Source of the DNA: Eledone cirrhosa
Lineage: Eukaryota
Length of the DNA stretch: 64,000 bases
Direction of reading: 5' to 3'
Assembly (NCBI GenBank): GCA_964016885.1
Contig: OZ024761.1
Coordinates: 17,732,001 to 17,796,000, forward strand
Below, piece after piece: positions 10,889-26,200 of this stretch (the first letter of the stretch is position 1; each line of letters opens with the position of its first letter). The position numbers were made by a program, and so were the translations under genes. The notes under the pieces are model-generated. The model was not told the DNA's origin, made no database searches, and saw nothing but the letters and a program-made list of their open reading frames with translations.

Positions 10889-13800
10889 TATATATTTATA
10901 TATATTTATTAGAAGAGGTAAGACGAGTCGCACCTCGTACCCAAAGTACGACATTTGGCTGCTAATTCTAGCAGGTTTAGAATTTACTATTTTCCAAACA
11001 GAATTCTACTTTACACCTTTCACTCTAAACTCGATTTCAAATTACCGGGGAGTTTGTTGAAGCAGGGTTCAACTGAAATATCTACACCGGTAACTTAATT
11101 AGTGTTACACCGGTATCCCTGAGTCATAAACTATTTGGCATTCTTCGAAGGAGGTACTGGTTTTTTAGCTGTTTTAAATGGACTATATACGCACACAATG
11201 CATATACATAAATTAATGTTTTTCTCTGTAGAAAGAGATTGACATCATTTCTTAAATCATTATTTAGGGTTTTACAACAAAACATATTGTATGTGTAATT
11301 ATACATACATTGAATTTACGTATTTATTTTTTTTATTTTTACCTACACTTTAGTAGTATATATATATATTCATTTGTGTGTGCGTTCATTTCGTGGGTAA
11401 CTGCAGTTAACGTTCGTCTCGTGTTGGGTTTTATTACAGAGTTAAAGCGACTAGAGTGAGAATAAAAAAGTAAGAAAGATCGAAAACACTGTTGTATATA
11501 AATTTTATTGGCACATTAGAATTGTTACAATATTGATAGCTCGGAGTACAATCATAATATGTATATATTTTTCACATAAAATTAATATTCAAACTGACTC
11601 CAGTGTGTTTATTTTAAAGCGACGTAATTCTACCTCCCAGAGATTTGAACACAGTTTCATGTTACTGGGTGGTACAATGAAGCAGAGAGAGTATAAATTC
11701 GCTACACTGGTGGCATATTTGGTGTTTCACCGGTTTTCTTATAACAACACACTGGATACGACTTGCATGATAGAGGTAATGTTTTATTTGTCTTCTGTGT
11801 TAGAGTATAACTGTAGTTTGACTTGTTAAATTTATAGTATATATCTGTTATATATATTCTTAACTATGCTATGATAGCATCTCAATTACTAATTTCATCT
11901 CTTCGGAGGTTACTGCCCTGATGTCATCTCTTCCACTAAGACACTCTCCACAAGCTTGCCTCTCCTCGTATCATCACCCAAAGTTGTATCAATCTCCACA
12001 AAGCCAACACTTCTCATTATGTCTAAGAAAGCCACCTCAAGCAAGTGTTTCGACGTGTGTGTGTAGAATAAACGCAAGGTTTGACGGAACAAGAAAATAA
12101 AAATTATTCCTTCTCATATATATATCTTGTACATTGTATTATATTAAGGTGTTTCTGTAAATTAAAGCAATGAAATTGACCCCTAAATTTAACGACACTT
12201 TTATATTAACAGACATTCTTCATCTTCATAGTAAGTTAAATCAAGGGTTTACTACTTGGTGCATTTATGTGTCTTTGTCTTATCTCCAAATAAAGTTTTA
12301 AATAGTATGGCACGTTTATTTATATGCTGACTGTCTTACCACCAGAGAGAGTAAAATAAAGCTTTAAATGGCATGACTACGTGTTCAAAGCAAGCAAATT
12401 CCTTACAGTGTGAGGATAAAAAAAAAATTAATGTTTTAAGTTGATTCGAAATCCAAACACGGCATTCCCCAGTTCTATGTCTTACCACTAGACTATAAAG
12501 ACTTAACTGATTTTCTTCTTAATATATACATATATAAACTTATTTTCAGTCTAACAATAAAATAGCTTTAAATGTGTCTATTTCCACTCTGTATTTGTTA
12601 GTCTGTAGGTGGCCATGTGGGTAGTTGAGGAGTATCTACGTATCAATTGAGTGTGTATAGATTGGTGATAGGGTTTCGATCTTCTACTTTATCTTAAATT
12701 TAAATAAGTTTTATTTTTTTCATCTAAAGAATGGTCTCCACCTTTTTATTAGTTCCCCCTCCGCTCGAACCTACACAACCACCAAGTGGCCGTAATTCTA
12801 CTGCGCAAATTTCATATATTTAAATCTATTTTAGCATTTCTTTGATAAAGAACCACATACGATGTTTGACATAATTGAAAAAAAAAGAAAAAATATTATT
12901 TTACTATTTCATAAGCTCTGGCAGGTATCGAAAACCTCATATATGGATTCATTTTACTTACATCATAAACACACATATGTATATATAATAATAATTTTTT
13001 GATAACTTTTCAGTGATAAAATACATACATGGATAGGGTTTCCAATCTCAGAATATATCTCCACTAGGAATGTGTGTGTGTGTGTATATCTTTATTATTC
13101 CTTTGAAAAGTAGTTTTAATTTTAAAAAATTATATATTTCACTATTTCCAAAGTCTTGGCAGATATTCCATCTCCATCTATAGATTCATTTAAATACATT
13201 GTATTTGACTTACGTGAAATTAAATATATAATTTTTTTCTAAATTTTGTTTTCAAGTACCAAAATAAAAACAAATTAGTAAGGTTTTCAGTCACTTAAAT
13301 GCGTGATTGTTATAGACACTTAGCTATTGTTGTCGGGCTGTCATATTTACCGTCATGTGTGCATTTAAATCTGACTGAGTCAATCCTCCCATTCTCCTGG
13401 TCTAAAAACGGCCTATTTATTTTACAGGAGAGAAAGCGAGATACCTTTCTTATGCCTTTAAACGTTAATTTTGCACTTGACTTATAATTCCCTTTCCTTC
13501 TCTTTAGATTGAAAAACAAAAATATTTTACGTCTACAATTATATTCAACATAATTCATGTCAGTCTTCACAAGTTTTTGCTACATCTGATTCAAGCTGTT
13601 ATGGCTTTGGGAGGAAAGTATCCAGCTAAGAATGTATTCCGTAGTAAGTGTCATAAGAAAGATTTGTAGGTCTAAGAAACCTAACAAATAGATTTCAAAT
13701 TTGTCGGCAATTAAACAAAACTTTAAAATAAGCAATACTAAAGCCACAAACGTTTTTCTATCTACGTCTCAGCTGAAGAAAATAAAACAAAACAAACCGC

Positions 13801-16580
13801 TCGAATGATTACGAGGAGTGCAAATAGAGAAATATAGCTAATGAACCATTAATTTCTGTATTGTGTAAACATACTCTAACACAGAAAAACATAACATTAC
13901 CGTTTATGAACACATTTCGGAGTCATACTAACTAAATTTATTTTAGCATTTCTTCAATAAAGAACAACATACAGTGTTTGACATAATTGAAAAAAAATAA
14001 TATTGTGTTACTATTAAGCTTTGGCAGATATTGAAATCCTATCTACAGATTCGTTTAAATATATTATATTGGACTTAAAACTGAGGAAATTATTTTTAAA
14101 CGTTTGTTTTCCAGTACCAAAATAAAAATACATTAGTAAGGTTTTCTGTCTCATAAATGCGTGGTTGTTATAGACACTTAACTATTGTTGTAGGGGTACC
14201 GTAATTACCGTCATGTGGGCATTTAAACCTGACTGAGTCAATCCTCCCCTCCTCCTGGTTTAAAAACTGCCGATTTATTTTGCCAGAGAGAAAGAGATAT
14301 TTTTCTTTTCTTTAAACGTTAATTTTGCACTTGGCTTATAATTCCTTTTTCTTCTCTTAGATTGAATAAACCTCAACAATTATATTCAACATAACTCATA
14401 TTAGTATTCACAGTCAAGGACCTGTTTTTACTGTATCTGCTTCAAGATATTATAGGTGGGATAAGGCAGTACAACCCAAAATAAAGTGTCAAAAGAAGGG
14501 ACACTGATATAAGGTTTGTTGGACTAAGCAACCGAAGAAATAGATTTTAAAGTTTTAGGCAATAATGAAGACAATTCTGACCAAGATTAGACTCTTACAT
14601 CTATATTAGCCTCTGTCAATTCAGTAGACCACTGAACTTTATTCATAATCAGAAAACAAGGCCACTTATTGACAATAGACCAGACAAAACATTTAACAAC
14701 AATTACTACAGCGATGGTGCGAGAAGATCAGGGTTTCTAAATCAGAGAATGTTTCTTTAACACAAACGTATAAAAAGTAGAAGGGATATTGGCAGTGCAT
14801 AGAACTAGGAAATAACTTCTATCAAATAGATTTTCTAGTGGCTAGGAACTTAGTAGCTCCAGTTATAATTGTGTTACACATGTTCAGTAAGTATTTTTCT
14901 ATTGAAATCAAGCTGAAAGGTATACTAAAGCCACAGACGTTTATATATATATATGTTTCATCTAAAGTTTAAAAAAAAACGTACGAATTATTACAAGCAG
15001 TGTAAGCACGAATTAAAGCTAATAAATGTACCAAGAAGGCTACCTCAAGATTTGCAATTCATGAAGAAATCAAACTTATGCATATGTCGACGACATCATT
15101 ATGGCTAGAGAGGACATGAAGAATCTACAACTAGAGGTGGAAGACAAGAGAAACGACCATCCTACCTGAAATGTTATGATATTAAATATTTCTTATACTG
15201 TCATGTTTTTTTCTTTAAAACGTTTGCATCTCAATAAAGTGGAGAAAACTATTATATACAGTTGTTATATCATTATACTTTAGTTTTAACTTATTATTTC
15301 TATCTCTTCACATTAGAAAGAATAAAAACTTAGTAAAATCCTATATGTGTATAAATATAATATATGTAAGTGTGTTTGAAAGTATATAATAATAATATGA
15401 ATGTTGACAAAGAGTTGTAAAATCCAAGCAAGGCAACCTACAGTTTTACACTAACAGAGACGGCTTAGAAAACGTTACCTCTTCCAAACGAATGCGAAAG
15501 AGATTGTTTCGAAACTGCCGGTGTAACACTAAATATATTACCGGTGCAACTATTTTAGTTTACCCTTTTATAAACTCACTCCAGTCATTTCAAATCGTGT
15601 TCAGAGTACCGGCAATAAGAAAAAATAAAGCGTTTGCAAAGTTTCTAAATCTGCTAAAAATGAAAGATAAATCTCTCACTCTGTCTCCAATATCTAATAA
15701 ACCGTGACTTATATATATTTGTGTGTATAAATATATATATATATATACCTAAGAATGTACATACACACACACACGTATATGTATATATATTTATATGTAT
15801 ACATATATACATACATGCATATATACATCTGTGTCTATATATATATGTACATATATGTGTAAATATGTATATATATTAGTGTATATATATTGCTATGTAT
15901 ATGCATATTCGTATAATTATACTCTATATTATTAGTCCATATATTCATATACAGTTATCCCCCCGGCATTCGTGGGGTTTACGGTCCTAGAGAACCCGAG
16001 AATAGTGAAAAACCGCGAATATTGTAGATGGTCCATAGAAATGCCTATAAACCTCGAAATAAAACGTAAAATATAATAAAAATCGAGTGAGCGTTTTATG
16101 CGAAGGGGCGTCCAATAGGCCAGAAAATACAATATATTGTTGTTAATAATTTAGCGTTAAAACAATATATATTATCACGAAAAAGGCATATATATATATA
16201 TATTGATTTGACTGCTATCTCTAGCATACACTAGAAAAAACCGGAGGTGGAGAAAATTGAAAAACTTCTTCTTTTTCCCCCCTCTAACTTTTCAAACAAA
16301 AGAATATTTTATGTAAACAAAAACGAAATTTTTGCCAAGAAAGATAACTCTTCTCTGACTTAAATCCAAAATTGGGATACAAAAAATTGCGGAATTTTTT
16401 TTTGCTTCCCAATTTTGGATTCAAGTCAGCGAAGAGTTATCTTTCTTGGCAAAAATTTCGTTTTTGTTTACATAAAATTTCCTTTTGTTTAAAAAGTTAG
16501 AGGGGGAAAAAGAAGAAGTTTTTCAATATTCTCCGCTTCCGGTTTTTCTTTTTATGCTAGAAATAAGAGTGAAAGCAATA

Positions 16581-16631
<51 letters not shown>

Positions 16632-16889
16632 TGAACCCCGACATTCGCGGGCCCATTTATTTGCGGAATATTCCTTAGAACCTAAGTAATAGTGATATAT
16701 ATATATATAGAAATAGACATACATATATATATACACACATATATATCTATATATGTATGTGTGTATACATATATTTATGTATATATATAAGTATTTATAG
16801 GTATATATACATTTATACATATATATATATATACATACATACATACACACACATATATTTATATGTACACACACACACACACATATATA

Positions 16890-16925
<36 letters not shown>

Positions 16926-16987
16926 CTGTGCCAATCTATTGAGTACATTGTATTTATTGTGGTTTCTCCCCGGCAATCTACATACGC

Positions 16988-17020
<33 letters not shown>

Positions 17021-20000
17021 TATATATTTATATATATTTATTAGAAGAGGTAAGACGAGTCGCACCTCGTACCCAAAGTACGACATTTGGCTGCTAATTC
17101 TAGCAGGTTTAGAATTTACTATTTTCCAAACAGAATTCTACTTTACACCCCTCACTCTAAACTCGATTTCAAATTACCGGGGAGTTTGTTGAAGCAGGGT
17201 TCAACTGAAATATCTACACCGGTAACTTAATTAGTGTTACACCGGTATCCCTGAGTCATAAACTATTTGGCATTCTTCGAAGGAGGTACTGGTTTTTTAG
17301 CTGTCTTAAATGGACTATATACGCACACAATGCATATACATAAATTAATGTTTTTCTCTGTAGAAAGAGATTGACATCATTTCTTAAATCATTATTTAGG
17401 GTTTTACAACAAAACATATTGTATGTGTAATTATACATACATTGAATTTACGTATTTATTTTTTTTATTTTTACCTACACTTTAGTAGTATATATATATA
17501 TTCATTTGTGTGTGCGTTCATTTCGTGGGTAACTGCAGTTAACGTTCGTCTCGTGTTGGGTTTTATTACAGAGTTAAAGCGACTAGAGTGAGAATAAAAA
17601 AGTAAGAAAGATCGAAAACACTGTTGTATATAAATTTTATTGGCACATTAGAATTGTTACAATATTGATAGCTCGGAGTACAATCATAATATGTATATAT
17701 TTTTCACATAAAATTAATATTCAAACTGACTCCAGTGTGTTTATTTTAAAGCGACGTAATTCTACCTCCCAGAGATTTGAACACAGTTTCATGTTACTGG
17801 GTGGTACAATGAAGCAGAGAGAGTATAAATTCGCTACACTGGTGGCATATTTGGTGTTTCACCGGTTTTCTTATAACAACACACTGGATACGACTTGCAT
17901 GATAGAGGTAATGTTTTATTTGTCTTCTGTGTTAGAGTATAACTGTAGTTTGACTTGTTAAATTTATAGTATATATCTGTTATATATATTCTTAACTATG
18001 CTATGATAGCATCTCAATTACTAATTTCATCTCTTCGGAGGTTACTGCCCTGATGTCATCTCTTCCACTAAGACACTCTCCACAAGCTTGCCTCTCCTCG
18101 TATCATCACCCAAAGTTGTATCAATCTCCACAAAGCCAACACTTCTCATTATGTCTAAGAAAGCCACCTCAAGCAAGTGTTTCGACGTGTGTGTGTAGAA
18201 TAAACGCAAGGTTTGACGGAACAAGAAAATAAAAATTATTCCTTCTCATATATATATCTTGTACATTGTATTATATTAAGGTGTTTCTGTAAATTAAAGC
18301 AATGAAATTGACCCCTAAATTTAACGACACTTTTATATTAACAGACATTCTTCATCTTCATAGTAAGTTAAATCAAGGGTTTACTACTTGGTGCATTTAT
18401 GTGTCTTTGTCTTATCTCCAAATAAAGTTTTAAATAGTATGGCACGTTTATTTATATGCTGACTGTCTTACCACCAGAGAGAGTAAAATAAAGCTTTAAA
18501 TGGCATGACTACGTGTTTAAAGCAAGCAAATTCCTTACAGTGTGAGGATAAAAAAAAAAAATAATGTTTTAAGTTGATTCGAAATCCAAACACGGCATTC
18601 CCCAGTTCTATGTCTTACCACTAGACTATAAAGACTTAACTGATTTTCTTCTTAATATATACATATATAAACTTATTTTCAGTCTAACAATAAAATAGCT
18701 TTAAATGTGTCTATTTCCACTCTGTATTTGTTAGTCTGTAGGTGGCCATGTGGGTAGTTGAGGAGTATCTACGCATCAATTGAGTGTGTATAGATTGGTG
18801 ATAGGGTTTCGATCTTCTACTTTATCTTAAATTTAAATAAGTTTTATTTTTTTCATCTAAAGAATGGTCTCCACCTTTTTATTAGTTCCCCCTCCGCTCG
18901 AACCTACACTACCTACACAACCACCAAGTGGCCGTAATTCTACTGCGCAAATTTCATATATTTAAATCTATTTTAGCATTTCTTTGATAAAGAACCACAT
19001 ACGATGTTTGACATAATTGAAAAAAAAAAGAAAAAATATTATTTTACTATTTCATAAGCTCTGGCAGGTATCGAAAACCTCATATATGGATTCATTTTAC
19101 TTACATCATAAACACACATATGTATATATAATAATAATTTTTTGATAACTTTTCAGTGACAAAATACATACATGGATAGGGTTTCCAATCTCAGAATATA
19201 TCTCCACTAGGAATGTGTGTGTGTGTATATCTTTATTATTCCTTTGAAAAGTAGTTTTAATTTTAAAAAATTATATATTTCACTATTTCTAAAGTCTTGG
19301 CAGATATTCCATCTCCATCTGTAGATTCATTTAAATACATTGTATTTGACTTACGTGAAATTCAATATATAATTTTTTTCTAAATTTTGTTTTCAAGTAC
19401 CAAAATAAAAACAAATTAGTAAGGTTTTCAGTCACTTAAATGCGTGATTGTTATAGACACTTAGCTATTGCTGTCGGGCTGTCATATTTACCGTCATGTG
19501 TGCATTTAAATCTGACTGAGTCAATCCTCCCATTCTCCTGGTCTAAAAACGGCCTATTTATTTTACAGGAGAGAAAGCGAGATACCTTTCTTATGCCTTT
19601 AAACGTTAATTTTGCACTTGACTTATAATTCCCTTTCCTTCTCTTTAGATTGAAAAACAAAAATATTTTACGTCTACAATTATATTCAACATAATTCATG
19701 TCAGTCTTCACAAGTTTTTGCTACATCTGATTCAAGCTGTTATGGCTTTGGGAGGAAAGTATCCAGCTAAGAATGTATTCCGTAGTAAGTGTCATAAGAA
19801 AGATTTGTAGGTCTAAGAAACCTAACAAATAGATTTCAAATTTGTCGGCAATTAAACAAAACTTTAAAATAAGCAATACTAAAGCCACAAACGTTTTTCT
19901 ATCTACGTCTCATCTGAAGAAAAAAAAACAAAACAAACCGCTCGAATGATTACGAGGAGTGCAAATAGAGAAATATAGCTAATGAACCATTAATTTCTGT

Positions 20001-22753
20001 ATTGTGTAAACATACTCTAACACAGAAAAACATAACATTACCGTTTATGAACACATTTCGGAGTCATACTAACTAAATTTATTTTAGCATTTCTTCAATA
20101 AAGAACAACATACAGTGTTTGACATAATTGGAAAAAAATAATATTGTGTTACTATTAAGCTTTGGCAGATATTGAAATCCTATCTACAGATTCGTTTAAA
20201 TATATTATATTGGACTTAAAACTGAGGAAATTATTTTTAAACGTTTGTTTTCCAGTACCAAAATAAAAATACATTAGTAAGGTTTTCTGTCTCATAAATG
20301 CGTGGTTGTTATAGACACTTAACTATTGTTGTAGGGGTACCGTAATTACCGTCATGTGGGCATTTAAACCTGACCGAGTCAATCCTCCCCTCCTCCTGGT
20401 TTAATAACTGCCGATTTATTTTGCCAGAGAGAAAGAGATATTTTTCTTTTCTTTAAACGTTAATTTTGCACTTGGCTTATAATTCCTTTTTCTTCTCTTA
20501 GATTGAATAAACCTCAACAATTATATTCAACATAACTCATATTAGTATTCACAGTCAAGGACCTGTTTTTACTGTATCTGCTTCAAGATATTATAGGTGG
20601 GATAAGGCAGTACAACCCAAAATAAAGTGTCAAAAGAAGGGACACTGATATAAGGTTTGTTGGACTAAGCAACCAAAGAAATAGATTTTAAAGTTTTAGG
20701 CAATAATGAAGACAATTCTGACCAAGATTAGACTCTTACATCCATATTAGCCTCTGTCAATTCAGTAGACCACTGAACTTTATTCATAATCAGAAAACAA
20801 GGCCACTTATTGACAATAGACCAGACAAAACATTTAACAACAATTACTACAGCGATGGTGCGAGAAGATCAGGGTTTCTAAATCAGAGAATGTTTCTTTA
20901 ACACAAACGTATAAAAAGTAGAAGGGATATTGGCAGTGCATAGAACTAGGAAATAACTTCTATCAAATAGATTTTCTAGTGGCTAGGAACTTAGTAGCTC
21001 CAGTTATAATTGTGTTACACAATGTTCAGTAAGTATTTTTCTATTGAAATCAAACTGAAAGGTATACTAAAGCCACAGACGTTTATATATATATATGTTT
21101 CATCTAAAGTAAAAAAAACGTACGAATTATTACAAGCAGTGTAAGCACGAATTAAAGCTAATAAATGTACCAAGAAGGCTACCTCAAGATTTGCAATTCA
21201 TTCAAGAAGAAATCAAACTTATGCATATGTCGACGACATCATTATGGCTAGAGAGGACATGAAGAATCTACAACTAGAGGTGGAAGACAAGAGAAACGAC
21301 CATCCTACCTGAAATATTATATGTTATGATATTAAATATTTCTTATACTGTCATGTTTTTTTCTTTAAAACGTTTGCATCTCAATAAAGTGGAGAAAACT
21401 ATTATATACAGTTGTTATATCATTATACTTTAGTTTTAACTTATTATTTTTATCTCTTCACATTAGAAAGAATAAAAACTTAGTAAAGTCCTATATGTGT
21501 ATAAATATAATATATGTAAGTGTGTTTGAAAGTATATAATAATAATAATATGAATGTTGACAAAGAGTTGTAAAATCCAAGCAAGGCAACCTACAGTTTT
21601 ACACTAACAGAGACAGCTTAGAAAACGTTACCTCTTCCAAACGAATGCGAAAGAGATTGTTTCGAAACTGCCGGTGTAACACTAAATATATTACCGGTGC
21701 AACTATTTTAGTTTACCCTTTTATAAACTCACTCCAGTCATTTCAAATCGTGTTCAGAGTACCGGCAATAAGAAAAAATAAAGCGTTTGCAAAGTTTCTA
21801 AATCTGCTAAAAATGAAAGATAAATCTCTCACTCTGTCTCCAATATGTAATAAACCGTGACTTATATATATATATTTGTATGTATGTGTGTATAAATATA
21901 TATATATATATATATATATACCTAAGAATGTACATGCACACACACACGTATATGTATATATATTTATATGTATACATATATACATACATGCATATATACA
22001 TCTGTGTCTATATATATATGTACATATATGTGTAAATATGTATATATATTAGTGTATATATATTGCTATGTATATGCATATTCGTATAATTATACTCTAT
22101 ATTATTAGTCCATATATTCATATACAGTTATCCCCCCGGCATTCGTGGGGTTTACGGTCCTAGAGAACCCGAGAATAGTGAAAAACCGCGAATATTGTAG
22201 ATGGTCCATAGAAATGCCTATAAACCTCGAAATAAAACGTAAAATATAATAAAAATCGAGTGAGCGTTTTATGCGAAGGGGCGTCCAATAGGCCAGAAAA
22301 TACAATATATTGTTGTTAATAATTTAGCGTTAAAACAATATATATTATCACGAAAAAGGCATATATATATATATATTGATTTGACTGCTATCTCTAGCAT
22401 ACACTAGAAAAAACCGGAGGTGGAGAAAATTGAAAAACTTCTTCTTTTTCCCCCCTCTAACTTTTCAAACAAAAGAATATTTTATGTAAACAAAAACGAA
22501 ATTTTTGCCAAGAAAGATAACTCTTCTCTGACTTAAATCCAAAATTGGGATACAAAAAATTGCGGAATTTTTTTTTGCATCCCAATTTTGGATTCAAGTC
22601 AGCGAAGAGTTATCTTTCTTGGCAAAAATTTCGTTTTTGTTTACATAAAATTTCCTTTTGTTTAAAAAGTTAGAGGGGGAAAAAGAAGAAGTTTTTCAAT
22701 ATTCTCCGCTTCCGGTTTTTCTTTTTATGCTAGAAATAAGAGTGAAAGCAATA

Positions 22754-22834
<81 letters not shown>

Positions 22835-23094
22835 TGAACCCCGACATTCGCGGGCCCATTTATTTGCGGAATATTCCTTAGAACCTAAGTAATAGTGATA
22901 TATATATATAGAGAAATAGACATACATATATATATATACACACATATATATCTATATATGTATGTGTGTATACATATATTTATGTATATATATAAGTATT
23001 TATAGGTATATATACATTTATACATATATATATATATACATACATACATACACACACATATATTTATATGTACACACACACACACACATATATA

Positions 23095-23155
<61 letters not shown>

Positions 23156-23216
23156 TGTGCCAATCTATTGAGTACATTGTATTTATTGTGGTTTCTCCCC
23201 GGCAATCTACATACGC

Positions 23217-23247
<31 letters not shown>

Positions 23248-26200
23248 TATATATTTATATATATTTATTAGAAGAGGTAAGACGAGTCGCACCTCGTACC
23301 CAAAGTACGACATTTGGCTGCTAATTCTAGCAGGTTTAGAATTTACTATTTTCCAAACAGAATTCTACTTTACACCCCTCACTCTAAACTCGATTTCAAA
23401 TTACCGGGGAGTTTGTTGAAGCAGGGTTCAACTGAAATATCTACACCGGTAACTTAATTAGTGTTACACCGGTATCCCTGAGTCATAAACTATTTGGCAT
23501 TCTTCGAAGGAGGTACTGGTTTTTTAGCTGTCTTAAATGGACTATATACGCACACAATGCATATACATAAATTAATGTTTTTCTCTGTAGAAAGAGATTG
23601 ACATCATTTCTTAAATCATTATTTAGGGTTTTACAACAAAACATATTGTATGTGTAATTATACATACATTGAATTTACGTATTTATTTTTTTTATTTTTA
23701 CCTACACTTTAGTAGTATATATATATATTCATTTGTGTGTGCGTTCATTTCGTGGGTAACTGCAGTTAACGTTCGTCTCGTGTTGGGTTTTATTACAGAG
23801 TTAAAGCGACTAGAGTGAGAATAAAAAAGTAAGAAAGATCGAAAACACTGTTGTATATAAATTTTATTGGCACATTAGAATTGTTACAATATTGATAGCT
23901 CGGAGTACAATCATAATATGTATATATTTTTCACATAAAATTAATATTCAAACTGACTCCAGTGTGTTTATTTTAAAGCGACGTAATTCTACCTCCCAGA
24001 GATTTGAACACAGTTTCATGTTACTGGGTGGTACAATGAAGCAGAGAGAGTATAAATTCGCTACACTGGTGGCATATTTGGTGTTTCACCGGTTTTCTTA
24101 TAACAACACACTGGATACGACTTGCATGATAGAGGTAATGTTTTATTTGTCTTCTGTGTTAGAGTATAACTGTAGTTTGACTTGTTAAATTTATAGTATA
24201 TATCTGTTATATATATTCTTAACTATGCTATGATAGCATCTCAATTACTAATTTCATCTCTTCGGAGGTTACTGCCCTGATGTCATCTCTTCCACTAAGA
24301 CACTCTCCACAAGCTTGCCTCTCCTCGTATCATCACCCAAAGTTGTATCAATCTCCACAAAGCCAACACTTCTCATTATGTCTAAGAAAGCCACCTCAAG
24401 CAAGTGTTTCGACGTGTGTGTGTAGAATAAACGCAAGGTTTGACGGAACAAGAAAATAAAAATTATTCCTTCTCATATATATATCTTGTACATTGTATTA
24501 TATTAAGGTGTTTCTGTAAATTAAAGCAATGAAATTGACCCCTAAATTTAACGACACTTTTATATTAACAGACATTCTTCATCTTCATAGTAAGTTAAAT
24601 CAAGGGTTTACTACTTGGTGCATTTATGTGTCTTTGTCTTATCTCCAAATAAAGTTTTAAATAGTATGGCACGTTTATTTATATGCTGACTGTCTTACCA
24701 CCAGAGAGAGTAAAATAAAGCTTTAAATGGCATGACTACGTGTTTAAAGCAAGCAAATTCCTTACAGTGTGAGGATAAAAAAAAAAATTAATGTTTTAAG
24801 TTGATTCGAAATCCAAACACGGCATTCCCCAGTTCTATGTCTTACCACTAGACTATAAAGACTTAACTGATTTTCTTCTTAATATATACATATATAAACT
24901 TATTTTCAGTCTAACAATAAAATAGCTTTAAATGTGTCTATTTCCACTCTGTATTTGTTAGTCTGTAGGTGGCCATGTGGGTAGTTGAGGAGTATCTACG
25001 CATCAATTGAGTGTGTATAGATTGGTGATAGGGTTTCGATCTTCTACTTTATCTTAAATTTAAATAAGTTTTATTTTTTTCATCTAAAGAATGGTCTCCA
25101 CCTTTTTATTAGTTCCCCCTCCGCTCGAACCTACACTACCTACACAACCACCAAGTGGCCGTAATTCTACTGCGCAAATTTCATATATTTAAATCTATTT
25201 TAGCATTTCTTTGATAAAGAACCACATACGATGTTTGACATAATTGAAAAAAAAAAGAAAAAATATTATTTTACTATTTCATAAGCTCTGGCAGGTATCG
25301 AAAACCTCATATATGGATTCATTTTACTTACATCATAAACACACATATGTATATATAATAATAATTTTTTGATAACTTTTCAGTGACAAAATACATACAT
25401 GGATAGGGTTTCCAATCTCAGAATATATCTCCACTAGGAATGTGTGTGTGTGTATATCTTTATTATTCCTTTGAAAAGTAGTTTTAATTTTAAAAAATTA
25501 TATATTTCACTATTTCTAAAGTCTTGGCAGATATTCCATCTCCATCTGTAGATTCATTTAAATACATTGTATTTGACTTACGTGAAATTCAATATATAAT
25601 TTTTTTCTAAATTTTGTTTTCAAGTACCAAAATAAAAACAAATTAGTAAGGTTTTCAGTCACTTAAATGCGTGATTGTTATAGACACTTAGCTATTGCTG
25701 TCGGGCTGTCATATTTACCGTCATGTGTGCATTTAAATCTGACTGAGTCAATCCTCCCATTCTCCTGGTCTAAAAACGGCCTATTTATTTTACAGGAGAG
25801 AAAGCGAGATACCTTTCTTATGCCTTTAAACGTTAATTTTGCACTTGACTTATAATTCCCTTTCCTTCTCTTTAGATTGAAAAACAAAAATATTTTACGT
25901 CTACAATTATATTCAACATAATTCATGTCAGTCTTCACAAGTTTTTGCTACATCTGATTCAAGCTGTTATGGCTTTGGGAGGAAAGTATCCAGCTAAGAA
26001 TGTATTCCGTAGTAAGTGTCATAAGAAAGATTTGTAGGTCTAAGAAACCTAACAAATAGATTTCAAATTTGTCGGCAATTAAACAAAACTTTAAAATAAG
26101 CAATACTAAAGCCACAAACGTTTTTCTATCTACGTCTCATCTGAAGAAAAAAAAACAAAACAAACCGCTCGAATGATTACGAGGAGTGCAAATAGAGAAA